Part shown: positions 19,240 through 28,865 of the stretch, one piece after another | Layout of the letters: each line of letters opens with the position of its first letter | How positions within the stretch are numbered: position 1 is the first letter of the stretch | Assembly: GCA_035569495.1 (NCBI GenBank) | Contig: DATMMX010000011.1 | Coordinates: 265,060-329,059, forward strand | Origin: Candidatus Angelobacter sp. | GTDB lineage: Bacteria > Chloroflexota > Dormibacteria > Aeolococcales > Aeolococcaceae | DNA length: 64,000 nt | Reading direction: 5' to 3' | Notes under the pieces: generated by a model | What the model saw: the letters and a program-made list of their open reading frames with translations, nothing else | Told to the model about the DNA's origin: nothing | Database searches by the model: none | Made by a program: the position numbers and the translations under genes

Positions 19240-20790
19240 TCAGTCGATCAGCTCGCGCAGGTCCTGGAGCTGCGACGTGATCCAGCGGGTGATGTCGTTG
19301 GCGCGCACCGTGTCGCGGATGCGCTCGGCGCGGGCCTTGCGCTCGGTCTCGTCCATGATCAGGCCAAGGTAGAGCGCCTCGGCGGTGGCGTCGACGTCGA
19401 AGGGGTTGATGGTCAGCGCCAGCTCGCCCAGCTCCTCGTGCGACCCCGCGTTCTCACTGAGCACCAGCACGCCGTTGCGCCGGTTGACCAGCGGGCCCTC
19501 CTTGGCGACCAGGTTCATGCCGTCGTAGATGGGGTTGACCAGCATCACGTCGAACGACTTGTAGCCGGCCACCGCCTTGTGGATGTTCTCGTCGACCTCG
19601 AGTCGAATCGGCATCCAGCCGCGCACCGAGAAGCGCCGGTTGATGCGCGCGGCGACGGTGACGATGGAGCCGAGGTAGGCGCGATAGTCGTCGATGTCCT
19701 GGCGAGTTTCTTGCAGATATGCCCAGAACTGCACGCGTCCGTGCAGCTCGTGATGGGCTTCGAGCATACGCTCGTAGGCGAGGAAGCCGCGCACGATGTT
19801 CTTCGACAGGTCGGTGCGGTCCACGCGCAGGATCAGGTACTCGGGACGCCACGAGGCGATCTGCTCTTCTTCCTTCAGCGTCTCGGGATGTCGCGCCAGG
19901 CTGTCGAACTCGGCGATGTCGACGCTGATCGGGTAGTTGCGCACCCAGATGGGACGGCCTTCGTAGAACACCGTCTGCTCGCGGTAGTCGACGGCGAGGC
20001 CCATGTTCTCCTCGCAGGTGAGCAGGAAGTTGCGCACGTCGCGACGCGTCTGGAAACCGATGATGTCGTTGCCGAGGATGCCCTGCATGATGCCGTCGCG
20101 CATCCGCTTGGGCAGGATCTTCCAGTACTGCGCGGTGGGCCAGGGGATGTGCACGAACTGCTGGATGCGCGCCGTGGGCAACTGGGCGCGGACCATCTGC
20201 GGGACGCCGTAGAGCTGGTAGTCCTGCACCATGACCAGGGTCGGTTTGTCGCTTCGCTGCGCCTCGGCGACGACGCGGTCGGCGAAGAGCTGGTTGACCC
20301 GCTGGTAGCCGTCGCGCCAGGCGCGCTCGGTGCCGGCGTCGAGCACAGGCTCGCGGCCCAGGTCCCACAGGTAGTGCTGGATGAACCAGAGCAGCGGGTT
20401 GCTGATGACGTTGTAGTAGAGGTCGTAGGCCTCGGGCTCGGGCTCGACGAAGGCGACCCGGTAGCGGGTGCCGTCGTCGGCCTGCAGCTCGGCTGCCTCG
20501 CCGGCGGCGGCGCGCCCGGCGAGGCAGCGGTCCTCGTCGTTGCGCGCCGCGGCGACCCAGACGGCATCGGTGGCGATGGCCAGCGAGCTCATCGCCGTCA
20601 CCAGGCCGCCGGCGCCGCGCACCAGCCTCTCCGGCGTGCCCCGGATGGGGTCGGCGCGCTGCAGGCTGAGGGGAGCCCGGTTGGCGACGATGATCGGCTG
20701 GACGTGCCGCAGCAGCCGGCGCGTGTACGCCTCGATTGCGAGCAGGGTTGCCTCTCCTCGACCGGTCGCGCGGCGGCGGGCGGGCATCAC
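19240..20790 (-). CDS. otsA: Alpha,alpha-trehalose-phosphate synthase (GT20).
   Basis: IIVANRAPL, GGLVTAMSSL, YNVISNPLLWFIQHYLWD, VMVQDYQLYGVPQMV, LILRVDRTDLSKNIVRGF, VNPIYDGMNLVAKE. Confidence 0.9.
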   Translation of the reverse strand: MMPARRRATGRGEATLLAIEAYTRRLLRHVQPIIVANRAPLSLQRADPIRGTPERLVRGAGGLVTAMSSLAIATDAVWVAAARNDEDRCLAGRAAAGEAAELQADDGTRYRVAFVEPEPEAYDLYYNVISNPLLWFIQHYLWDLGREPVLDAGTERAWRDGYQRVNQLFADRVVAEAQRSDKPTLVMVQDYQLYGVPQMVRAQLPTARIQQFVHIPWPTAQYWKILPKRMRDGIMQGILGNDIIGFQTRRDVRNFLLTCEENMGLAVDYREQTVFYEGRPIWVRNYPISVDIAEFDSLARHPETLKEEEQIASWRPEYLILRVDRTDLSKNIVRGFLAYERMLEAHHELHGRVQFWAYLQETRQDIDDYRAYLGSIVTVAARINRRFSVRGWMPIRLEVDENIHKAVAGYKSFDVMLVNPIYDGMNLVAKEGPLVNRRNGVLVLSENAGSHEELGELALTINPFDVDATAEALYLGLIMDETERKARAERIRDTVRANDITRWITSQLQDLRELID

Positions 20791-20975
20791 AGTGGTTCTG
20801 CCGCCGCCTAGGTCCGACGCCCATCATGCTACCAACTCGGCACGGTGCAGGTGGGGCCGAGGGTGAGCCTCGGGCAGGTGGTTGACATGTGGGTGTCTAG
20901 GGTGGAAAATCCTACAATGCTACTGTTGGATAATCACCCTTCAGTCCACTACCAGAGGCGAGGAGACCACCGGAC

Positions 20976-21314
20976 ATGCTGTGCGACGCCATCCGCGACA
21001 TCGACAAGGCCGTCCGCCTCGACCGCGAGGAGAGGGAGCGCCGCGCCGCCATGCGGGCGTCCTTCCAGCGCGCCGAGGGCTACATGTGGCAGGTCGAGGA
21101 GCTGCTCGAAGAGGGCAGCGACCAGGTGCCCGACCCGCTGGTCACAGAGATCGCCCGCTTCGTGCGGCCGTACAGCCGCCGTCTCGCCCGCATGCTCACG
21201 CGTGACCCCGAGCGCAACCCCGTCCAGGCGCTCGACGTGCTGTTCGACGTGCAGGAGCGCATCCAGCGCCAGACCATGGCGCGGCTGGGGGTGACCGAGG
21301 CGCTGGCCTCCTGA
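20976..21314 (+). CDS. Hypothetical protein (112 aa, helical, charged).
   Basis: ATG with a GAGGAG RBS. AT-richer promoter-like DNA upstream, with a TACAAT -10-like hexamer at 20914-20919. Confidence 0.5.
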   Translation: MLCDAIRDIDKAVRLDREERERRAAMRASFQRAEGYMWQVEELLEEGSDQVPDPLVTEIARFVRPYSRRLARMLTRDPERNPVQALDVLFDVQERIQRQTMARLGVTEALAS

Positions 21315-21361
21315 GGTCCGCGCTTGTGCAGAGGGGCGGGGGCCCAGGGGGTCGGGCTGGC

Positions 21362-21910
21362 ATGATTGACGCAGTGCGTCTCACAGCCAGCAGCAACGTC
21401 GACGTCTCGCCGGCCGAGCTGTTCACCATCGCCTCGGACCTGCGCAACCTGCCCGTGTGGTGGATCGAGCACCTCAGCGCCACGGTCACCTCCCCGGCGC
21501 AGCGGGCCCGGGACGCCGTCTACGAAGTCCGCTACCGGCTGCCCATCGGCCTGGTGGTGAGCGCCACCTGCACGGTGGTGGCCGTGCGGGCGCCGCGCTC
21601 GATCACCTACATCTGGGACGGCTGGGGCATCCGCATGGCGGTGGGGCAGCAGTTCGCGCCGGCGCGGTCGGGCTGCCGCACGACGCTGGTGGCCGACCTG
21701 GCGGTGAGCTCGCGGCTGCGGCCGCTCAGCGCCCTGCTGGTGCGGGTCATGGGCGCGACGCTGGGCGAGGAGATGCAGCGGGCCCTGGCGACGCTGGCGG
21801 AGGTCGCCTCGGCGCGGGCGATCGTGGCTCGGGCGCCGGCCGAGCGCGGTGAGCCGCGGCGGGGGCGCGGACGGGCGGTGGCGGCGCGGGAGGGGGAGCT
21901 GGGGGGCTGA
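21362..21910 (+). CDS. SRPBCC/START-like (polyketide_cyc2-type) protein.
   Basis: MIDAVRLTASSNVDVSPAELFTIASDLRNLPVWW... typical SRPBCC N-terminus. Confidence 0.55.
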   Translation: MIDAVRLTASSNVDVSPAELFTIASDLRNLPVWWIEHLSATVTSPAQRARDAVYEVRYRLPIGLVVSATCTVVAVRAPRSITYIWDGWGIRMAVGQQFAPARSGCRTTLVADLAVSSRLRPLSALLVRVMGATLGEEMQRALATLAEVASARAIVARAPAERGEPRRGRGRAVAAREGELGG

Positions 21911-22036
21911 GGGCTGCGGGGCGCCCGGAGGTTGCGCCTGGACGCGCAACAGCCCGGAGGCCGCGGCCGCTCGACGGGGACCGTGCGCTCCGGGCTGCTG
22001 CGTTTGCCGGGATGGACGCCTCGCGGGCGTCAGGCG

Positions 22037-22516
22037 TCAGGCGCTGCGGCGGCGGGTGCGCGGCGCGCTGCCGCGGGCGGTCCTGGTGGTGCGCCGGGCG
22101 CCGCTCGCCGCGGTGCGGGCGGTGCCGCGCGTGCTCGTCGCGGCGGCGCGCCGTCCCTTGCCGTCCACGGCCGTCTCGCGCTCCAGCCGCTGGAAGAAGC
22201 GCGCCCAGTCACTGGCCGGCCGGTGCAGGACGCCGAGCACGCCCCGGCTCACCGTGCCGACCACGTCGTCGCGGCGGGCGCGACGGCGCAGCAGGCGCAC
22301 ATAGGCGACCAGCGCGCGCTCGGGAAGGGCGCTGACCTCGTCGACCACGTCCTCGGCCACCTCGGTGATGACGTCGTTGACGTCGCTGCCGCGGCGGCGG
22401 GCGCGGCCGGCCGAGCGGCGCGGGCGGGTGACGGTGTCGAGGGCCAGCGAGGCACCCCCGACGACGGTGTCCAGAGCGGTTTCGCCGGCTTTGCCGACGA
22501 CGGTGAGGTCGGCCAT
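22037..22516 (-). CDS. Hypothetical protein with an Arg-rich C-terminal tail.
   Basis: ATG at 22516 with GGAGGT 6 nt upstream. Confidence 0.4.
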   Translation of the reverse strand: MADLTVVGKAGETALDTVVGGASLALDTVTRPRRSAGRARRRGSDVNDVITEVAEDVVDEVSALPERALVAYVRLLRRRARRDDVVGTVSRGVLGVLHRPASDWARFFQRLERETAVDGKGRRAAATSTRGTARTAASGARRTTRTARGSAPRTRRRSA

Positions 22517-22622
22517 TGGGATACCTCCATGCGCGTGCAATTTTCGTGACACGACAGCTATCAATTTAGCGCATTGCGTCAGAGCGCGTCAAGGCGTGGC
22601 GACGGGCGAGAATGCGCGGGCG

Positions 22623-23471
22623 ATGGTCGAGTACACCGTGCCGGTCGACGGGCTGACGCTGTCGGTGCGCGACCACCCCGGGGAGGCGCCGCCGGTGGTG
22701 GCACTGCACGGGTTGGCGTCGAACGCGCGGTGGTGGGACCTGGTCGCCCCGCTGCTGCAGCCGCGGCGGGTCGTCGCGGTCGACCAGCGCGGGCACGGGC
22801 GCAGCACGCGCCCGGAGTCGGGCTACGACTTCGACGCGGTGGTGGGCGACCTGCGCGGGCTGGCGGGCGCGATGGGGCTCGGGCCATGTGTGGCGATGGG
22901 GCATTCATGGGGGGCATCGGTGGCCCTGGCGTGGGCGGCCGCCGATGCTGCGGGGGTGCGGGCGGTGGTGTGTGTCGACGGTGGCGTCGGCGACCTGCGC
23001 GGGTTCTTCGGGGCGACCTGGGAGAAGGCGGCGGTGGCGATGCGTCCGCCGGAGCTGCGCGGCATCGAGGAGTCGACGCTGTCGTCGTGGGTGGCGCGCT
23101 CGGGGTTGGCGGGGGACGGCGATCCCGCCGCGGCGGTGCACGCGTTGCGCGGCAACTTCGAGGAGGCGGCGGGCGGGGGGCTGCGCCCGCGGCTGTCGGT
23201 GGAGCGGCACATGCAGATCGCGTACGCGCTGTACCACCTCGACAGTGCGGCGCTGTACGCGCAGGTGCGGGTGCCGGTGCTGTTCGTCCTGGCGACGCGC
23301 GGCGGAGTTGCCGGTGCCGACCCGCGCGCGGCTGCGGTCGACGCGGCGCTGGCGGTGCTGCCGGCGGGGAGTGGTGTGCGCTGGGTGGACGGGGGACATG
23401 ACTTGCCGGTGCAGCGGCCGCGTGAGGTTGCAGGGGCGGTGAGCTCGTTCCTGGCGGGTCTCGCGCTCTAG
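22623..23471 (+). CDS. Alpha/beta-fold hydrolase.
   Basis: VVALHGLASNARWWD...VDQRGHGRS...GHSWGASVAL nucleophile elbow GxSxG. Confidence 0.75.
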   Translation: MVEYTVPVDGLTLSVRDHPGEAPPVVALHGLASNARWWDLVAPLLQPRRVVAVDQRGHGRSTRPESGYDFDAVVGDLRGLAGAMGLGPCVAMGHSWGASVALAWAAADAAGVRAVVCVDGGVGDLRGFFGATWEKAAVAMRPPELRGIEESTLSSWVARSGLAGDGDPAAAVHALRGNFEEAAGGGLRPRLSVERHMQIAYALYHLDSAALYAQVRVPVLFVLATRGGVAGADPRAAAVDAALAVLPAGSGVRWVDGGHDLPVQRPREVAGAVSSFLAGLAL

Positions 23472-23756
23472 GCGGTTGTTCGGGGCGGTTCGGCGTGCTG
23501 ACCGGGTGGTCAGTCCATCGTGGAAAGCAACGATCGCCACGAAGTGACGCGCGGGTCGTCGCGACGTTTGTGCGACCGCAACTTGCGCAGGCATTTGCCG
23601 TTTTGCTAGCGTTGCGGCAGATAGACAAACGGGTGTACTGGGGCTGACGATGCGGTCTTGCCGCCCCAGTGGTCACGTTGGCGGCCGTGTGGTGACCGGT
23701 CCAGATTCTCTTTGGCGTGCCCGCTTTTCTCGACAAGGAAGGGAGAACCCTGCCCC

Positions 23757-25229
23757 GTGGGTCCTGTGCATTTCACCGACGGCTTCGACAGGCCGGACAC
23801 CATCGCGTTGGGGCTCGACGCACCGCGGCTGATCACCGTCGTGGTCGGCGCGCTGTCGGTGTACGCGGTCATGCAGACGCCGCTGCCGATGGCATTGCGC
23901 GTCGGTGTTGCGGTGCTGCTTGCGCTGGTGAGCGCGGTGCTCGGCTGGGCGCGCTACGCGGGGCGACCGGTGGCGACCTGGGCGTGGCTGGCGATGCGCT
24001 TTGCGTTGTCGCCGCAGTCGGGAGGCGGTGTGGTGCAGCATGTCGCTGCGCCGGTGGCCGTTCCGGTTGTGGCGGAGGCCTCGCCGGAGCCTGCGGTCGC
24101 TCCGGTTGAGGACGGCGTGCCCGTGTGGGCGCGGTGGCTGGATTTCGAGACCGAGCCGGCCGGTGTGGCGCCCGACACGGTGGAGATTGCGCGCGAGACG
24201 CCGCTCGTCGTGGTGATGGACCACGCGCCCGGTGAGCCGCCCCCAGAAGCCGACGATGCCGCGGGCCGGGTGCACGACCTCGCGCCCGAGCCCACCGCGG
24301 CGCCCGGCGCCGACGTCCTGCAGTTCCCAGGTGCGCGCCCCCACCTCGCGCCGCCGCCCGAATCTCCACCGCCGGCAGCACCCGTACCGATGGCCGACCC
24401 GCCACCGGCACCGGTTTTCGTCGGCGCCCCGCGGCGCATCACCTTCTTCTCCCTCAACGGCGGCTCCGGCCGCACCACACTTGCCACCGAGGTCGCCTGC
24501 GTCCTCGCCGCGCGCGGCCGCCACCTCGCCCCCGACGCCACCGTGCGCCCGCTCGACGTCGCGCTCCTCGACCTCGACCTGCGCAGCGCCACCGTCGCGG
24601 TGCGCCTCGGCATCCCCCAGCCGACGCTCGCAGACTACGTCACCCGCGGCGCCGACCCCGCCCGTCTCGACGACTGCATGGTCCGCCATCACAGCGGCGC
24701 GCGCGCATTGCTCGGCATGCCCAAGCCGGTCGCCTCCGGGCCGGGCGCACTGGAACCCGCGCGCGTCGCCGAGATCGTCCACCACCTGGAGCGCGACGGC
24801 GCGCACTTCGTGATCATCGACGTCGCCGCCGACCTCGGCGCCGTGACCACCTGGGTGCTCAGCGCTGTGCACGACATCTTCGTCGTGCTCACGCCCACGG
24901 CCAGCGGCGTGCAGGACGCCTACCGCACCACCGCAGCCCTGCGCCGCCTCGGTCTCGGCCACAAGCTGCGCTACGTCGTCAACCGCGCGCGCAGCAACGT
25001 CGACCTCGACGAGGTGATGGGCGACCTCGGCGGACGCATCGCCGCGGTGATCCCCGACGACCCCGCCGTCGAGGACGCCGAGAACGAGCACCGCATCACC
25101 GCCCTCGAAGGAACCGGCGGCGCGGCAGCGGCGCTGCACGACCTCGCCGCGCTGCTCTACCCGTCACTCAGCGCCGCACCCCGCCGCACGCGCATGTCGT
25201 GGCTGCCCTGGAGACGCCGTGCCGGTTGA
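23757..25229 (+). CDS. TadZ/CpaE-like pilus-assembly ParA/MinD-type ATPase homologue with an atypical Walker A (GGSGRTT, Lys to Arg). It is preceded by an N-terminal two-TM domain and a Pro/Ala-rich linker.
   Basis: GTG at 23757 with a GGAAGGGAGAA RBS. TM1 LITVVVGALSVYAVM and TM2 VGVAVLLALVSAVLGW. FFSLNGGSGRTTLATEVACVLAARG plus FVIIDVAADLG (Walker B-like). Confidence 0.65.
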   Translation: MGPVHFTDGFDRPDTIALGLDAPRLITVVVGALSVYAVMQTPLPMALRVGVAVLLALVSAVLGWARYAGRPVATWAWLAMRFALSPQSGGGVVQHVAAPVAVPVVAEASPEPAVAPVEDGVPVWARWLDFETEPAGVAPDTVEIARETPLVVVMDHAPGEPPPEADDAAGRVHDLAPEPTAAPGADVLQFPGARPHLAPPPESPPPAAPVPMADPPPAPVFVGAPRRITFFSLNGGSGRTTLATEVACVLAARGRHLAPDATVRPLDVALLDLDLRSATVAVRLGIPQPTLADYVTRGADPARLDDCMVRHHSGARALLGMPKPVASGPGALEPARVAEIVHHLERDGAHFVIIDVAADLGAVTTWVLSAVHDIFVVLTPTASGVQDAYRTTAALRRLGLGHKLRYVVNRARSNVDLDEVMGDLGGRIAAVIPDDPAVEDAENEHRITALEGTGGAAAALHDLAALLYPSLSAAPRRTRMSWLPWRRRAG

Positions 25230-26511
25230 CAGCGTCACCGCCTCCGAGGAGCTGCTGCGCAACGTCCGCGCCCGGCTGACACTGGAGCTCGACCCGTCGG
25301 TCGCCAACCCCTTCTCCACCGTGCCGGGCCGCCGCGAGCTGATCCGCGACGCCATCCGGCGCACCCTGCTCGACCTCGACGCCCCGTCGACCCACGACCA
25401 GCTCGTCGACGAGCTGTACGACGAGCTGGTCGGCCTCGGCCCGCTGCAGTCGCCGCTCGCCGACCCGCAGATCACCGACATCCTGGTCAACCGCCACGAC
25501 GAGGTCTACGTGGAGCGCAACGGCCGCCTGGAGCACACCTCGATCCGCTTCCGCGACCAGGCGCATCTCGAACAGGTCATCGCTCGCATCGTCGCGCTGG
25601 TCGGTCGCGAGATCAGCGTGGACAAGCCGCTGGTCGACGCGCGCATGGTCGACGGCAGCCGCGCCAACGCGGTCTACGCGCCGGTCGGCGGACCGACGCT
25701 CTGCATCCGCAAGTTCAACCGCCTGCGCCTGTCGCTCCTCCCCGACCGCACGCGCGACGGCGACGACTGGGTGTCGCGCGGCGGCATGAGCCGTGAGATG
25801 GCGCAGTTCCTCGACTCGATGGCGAGAGCGCGCGCCACCATCCTTGTCGCCGGGGCCACCGGCGCGGGCAAGAGCACCCTGCTGCGCTCCATCGTCGACG
25901 CCTTCCCGCTCCACGAACGGGTGGTCACCATCGAGGACACCGCCGAGCTGGAGCTCGACAACCCGCACTGGGTCCGCCTCGAATGCGTGCACCACCACGA
26001 GCTCGGCGGCAACGACACCAGCGCGCGCCGTCTCGATGTGGCCGACCTTGTCCAGAACGCGCTGCGCATGCGTCCCGACCGGCTGATCATCGGCGAGGTG
26101 CGCAACAGCCGCGAGGCCTACCACACCCTCGAAGCGCTCAACACCGGACACGACGGCAGCGCCACCACCATCCACGCCAGCAGCGCCGCCGACGCGCTGT
26201 CGCGGCTGGAGCTGCTGGTCGGCCGCAGCTTCGGGCAGCTCACCCCGCGCGAGATCCGCGGCTACATCGCGCGGGTCATCGACGTCATCGCCGTCGTCTC
26301 GCGCCTCGCCAGCGGACGCCGCTGCGTCATGGAGATCAGCGAGCTGGCCGGGGTCGACGGCGACCGCTACGACCTGCGCCACGTCTTCACCACCGACGTC
26401 GACCACGACCGTGGCGCGGCGGTCCCGGTCTTCCGTCCCGCCACGCAGTACCGGCCGGCGCAGCGCCTGACGCGCAAGCTGGAGCTGGAGGGACTGCTGT
26501 GGATCTCCTGA
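25219..26511 (+). CDS. CpaF/TadA-type secretion ATPase (VirB11 superfamily).
   Basis: ITDILVNRHDEVYVERNG, Walker A VAGATGAGKSTLL, LIIGEVRNSREAYHTLEALNTGHDGSATTIHASSAADAL. GTG start overlapping the upstream stop. Confidence 0.9.
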   Translation: MPVDSVTASEELLRNVRARLTLELDPSVANPFSTVPGRRELIRDAIRRTLLDLDAPSTHDQLVDELYDELVGLGPLQSPLADPQITDILVNRHDEVYVERNGRLEHTSIRFRDQAHLEQVIARIVALVGREISVDKPLVDARMVDGSRANAVYAPVGGPTLCIRKFNRLRLSLLPDRTRDGDDWVSRGGMSREMAQFLDSMARARATILVAGATGAGKSTLLRSIVDAFPLHERVVTIEDTAELELDNPHWVRLECVHHHELGGNDTSARRLDVADLVQNALRMRPDRLIIGEVRNSREAYHTLEALNTGHDGSATTIHASSAADALSRLELLVGRSFGQLTPREIRGYIARVIDVIAVVSRLASGRRCVMEISELAGVDGDRYDLRHVFTTDVDHDRGAAVPVFRPATQYRPAQRLTRKLELEGLLWIS

Positions 26512-27368
26512 TCGCCGTGGTCGCCGCGGCCGCGGTGCTGCTGCTCGGCGTCGCCACCGCGCCGGGCCGCCACGACGCAGCGCGGCCACCACGCGGCTCA
26601 CTGCTCGACCGCGCCGTGCAACGGCAGCGCGTGCGCCTGCGGGCGGCTCGGCTCAACGTCGACGCGCGGCGGTTCACGCTGCTCTGCCTGGCCACGCCTC
26701 CGTTGCTGGTGCTCGCGGGTCTGGTGCTCGGCTCGCCGGTGGTGGCGGTGGTGGGTGGATCCGCAGGGTTCGCCGTGCCTCGCCTGTACCTCGACGCGCT
26801 GGTGCGCGCCCAGCGGCGGCGCACCGAGGCCGAGGCGCCGCGGCTGGTCCAGGTGATCCTGGCCAGCCTCGCCTCGGGCAGCACCTACCTCGAAGCGCTG
26901 CAGGAGGCGCGCGGCCGCGCCGCCGACCGCTGGCTGCGCGACGACCTCGACCACGTCGTCGCCGAGTTTCACCTCGGCGTCCCGCTGGAGCGCTCCATCG
27001 TCGAGGTTCGCTCGGCCACCGCCGGCCGCAACCTCGCCCTGATCTGGGACAACCTGGCCATCTGCATCGCCAACCGCATCCCGGCGGCGCGCGCCAAGGG
27101 GCTGTTCGTCGAGCTGGCCTCGACGGTGCAGTTCAACGTCCAGGTGCAGCAGGAGGTGCGCGCCCGCACCTCGGGACAGCGGGCGCAGATCTGGCTGCTG
27201 GCGCTGATCGTCCCCGGTCTCTTCCTCTACCTGCGCGTGCTCGACAGCAGCCTCTTCGACGTGCTCGACGCCACCACGCTGGGCCGCTGGGTGCTGATGC
27301 CGGTCGCGGTGTTCCTCGAAGTGCTCGGCATCGTGCTGAGCTTTCGATTCGCGCGCGTGGAGCTGTAG
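26499..27368 (+). CDS. TadB-like pilus-assembly inner-membrane protein (T2SS-F domain).
   Basis: GTG at 26499 overlapping the CpaF stop. Multiple TM segments and a T2SSF-like cytoplasmic domain. The upstream part of the listed long ORF is out-of-gene. Confidence 0.75.
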   Translation: MDLLIAVVAAAAVLLLGVATAPGRHDAARPPRGSLLDRAVQRQRVRLRAARLNVDARRFTLLCLATPPLLVLAGLVLGSPVVAVVGGSAGFAVPRLYLDALVRAQRRRTEAEAPRLVQVILASLASGSTYLEALQEARGRAADRWLRDDLDHVVAEFHLGVPLERSIVEVRSATAGRNLALIWDNLAICIANRIPAARAKGLFVELASTVQFNVQVQQEVRARTSGQRAQIWLLALIVPGLFLYLRVLDSSLFDVLDATTLGRWVLMPVAVFLEVLGIVLSFRFARVEL

Positions 27369-27372
27369 GACG

Positions 27373-28275
27373 ATGCTCGCCTCGCTCTGCGCCGTCGCCG
27401 CCGTCCTCTGCCTCGCCGCCGCGCTGCCCGCGCGACGGCGGCGCGCGCTGCCCGTCGAGCTCGCCCGCGTCAGCACCATGGACGCACGCGAGGCCGCACG
27501 GCATCGCGACGCGCAGCGACCGCCGTGGGAGCGCATGCTGCAACCCGCGGTGGCCATCGTCGCCACCCGGCTGCGCCCCACCTGGGCAGGGCTCGGCGAC
27601 GACGACCTGCGCCGCGCCGGCATCGACGTCGATCGCTTCGGCGTTGCCGAGCTGCTCACCGTCAAGGTGCTCGGCGGCATGTCCGGGCTGGCTGCGGGGC
27701 TGGCCCTGGCGGCGCTCGCCCCCGGCGCGGCGATCCTGTTGCCCGGCCTCGCATTCGGCGGCTTCGTCGCGCCCAGCGTGGTGGTGACGCGGCGGCGCGC
27801 TTGGCGACAGGCGCGCATGCTGCGCGAGCTGCCCGACCTGGTCAGCCTGCTCAAGGCCTTCGTCGGTGCGGGCATCCCGCTGGAGCAGGCGCTGCACCTG
27901 ATCAGCGCGCAGCTCGCCGGTGCGTCGCAGAGCAACCTGCTCGCCGCCGAGGTGCGCCGCGCGCTCAGCGACTACGGCCTCGGCATGTCGATCGACGAGG
28001 CGCTGCACGCCATGGCAACGCGGACCGGCGTGCCCGAGCTGGAGATGCTCGCGGCCGCATTGTCACAGGCGAAGCGACAGGGCGCGGGCATGGAGCGCGT
28101 CCTCCGCGACCAGGAGACGATCGCCCGCATGCAGCAGCGCAACCGTGCGCTGGCGGCGGCGTCGCGGGTCAGCACGCGACTGGTGGGCGTGCTGGTGATG
28201 GTGTACCTGCCCGAGTTCCTGGTGCTGATCCTGGCACCGCTGTTCTACGGCATCTTCCTGCGCGCATTCGGCTAG
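27373..28275 (+). CDS. TadC-like pilus-assembly inner-membrane protein (T2SS-F domain).
   Basis: LPDLVSLLKAFVGAGIPLEQALHLIS...LEMLAAALSQAKRQGAGMERVL typical TadC. Confidence 0.8.
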   Translation: MLASLCAVAAVLCLAAALPARRRRALPVELARVSTMDAREAARHRDAQRPPWERMLQPAVAIVATRLRPTWAGLGDDDLRRAGIDVDRFGVAELLTVKVLGGMSGLAAGLALAALAPGAAILLPGLAFGGFVAPSVVVTRRRAWRQARMLRELPDLVSLLKAFVGAGIPLEQALHLISAQLAGASQSNLLAAEVRRALSDYGLGMSIDEALHAMATRTGVPELEMLAAALSQAKRQGAGMERVLRDQETIARMQQRNRALAAASRVSTRLVGVLVMVYLPEFLVLILAPLFYGIFLRAFG

Positions 28276-28296
28276 ACAACACGGAGCAAACCCGAT

Positions 28297-28449
28297 ATGG
28301 AACGCGATCCCCGGCAGACCGGACAGTCGACGCTCGAATGGGTGATCGGCGCGGCGATCATCCTCAGCACGCTGGCCGCCGCGGTGCTCGCCTGGAACCA
28401 GGGACTCGCCCACAAGATCGGCGACCTCGTCCAGCAGGTCACGCGCTGA
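28297..28449 (+). CDS. Flp/Fap-family pilin prepeptide (50 aa). It is not in the supplied ORF track because it is under 60 aa.
   Basis: MERDPRQTGQSTLEWVIGAAIILSTLAAAVLAWNQ... The G/QSTLEW processing-site-like motif is followed by a hydrophobic helix. A GGAG RBS sits about 10 nt upstream. It lies between tadC and the tadE-like gene. Confidence 0.65.
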   Translation: MERDPRQTGQSTLEWVIGAAIILSTLAAAVLAWNQGLAHKIGDLVQQVTR

Positions 28450-28454
28450 AGGCG

Positions 28455-28865
28455 ATGCGTACTTGCAGGCGCGCGCACCGCTTCAGGCAGCGGGGACAGG
28501 AGACGCTGCAGGCGATCCTCGTCGTGGCCCTGGTGCTGCTGCCCATGCTCGTCGCCATCCTCACCTTCGCCACTCTGGTGCACGCGTCGATCGCAACCCA
28601 AGCGGCGGCCGCGACCGGTGCGCGCGCCGCCGGAGTCGCGGGCGAGTTCGGCCCCGACCAGCTCGACGCCGTGATGGCCGCATTGCGTTCCAACGACGTC
28701 GACCCGACGGCGTGCGTCATCGCCAGCAGCTCGGGGACGGTGCGGCTCGACCAGCCGATCAGCGTCACCGTGCGCTGCCCTGAGCACGTCGGCATTCCCT
28801 TCCTGTTCGAACGCGACGTGCAGCTCGGCGCCACGGTGGTCGGCCGCGGCGAGGTGAACCGATGA
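28455..28865 (+). CDS. TadE-like pseudopilin.
   Basis: GQETLQAILVVALVLLPMLVAILTF TadE N-terminal motif. Confidence 0.65.
   Translation: MRTCRRAHRFRQRGQETLQAILVVALVLLPMLVAILTFATLVHASIATQAAAATGARAAGVAGEFGPDQLDAVMAALRSNDVDPTACVIASSSGTVRLDQPISVTVRCPEHVGIPFLFERDVQLGATVVGRGEVNR

Noticed and set aside
19454-20827. 457-aa alternative frame over otsA
   Set aside because: Arg/Pro-rich. otsA motifs are in the 19240..20790 frame.
20882-20919. TTGACA ... TACAAT sigma-70-like hexamers upstream of 20976 gene
   Set aside because: The 26-nt spacing is too long for a canonical promoter. Only the -10-like element is plausible.
23576-23617. 7-bp inverted repeat CCGCAAC...GTTGCGG upstream of the Tad operon
   Set aside because: Short stem with a 28-nt loop. 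It could be an operator, but there is too little evidence to call a regulatory site. It is noted for anyone mapping the promoter.
22574-23736. Long Ala/Arg/Pro-rich ORFs on both strands over the hydrolase gene
   Set aside because: Compositional artefacts. The hydrolase frame carries the GxSxG and HG motifs.
25983-27368. 461-aa ORF beginning inside cpaF
   Set aside because: Only the portion from the GTG at 26499 (TadB) is coding. The upstream 500 nt read through cpaF in another frame.
27525-28865. 446-aa Arg/Gly-rich ORF spanning tadC, flp and tadE
   Set aside because: The frame coincides with tadE only at its 3' end (28455..28865). The rest is artefact.
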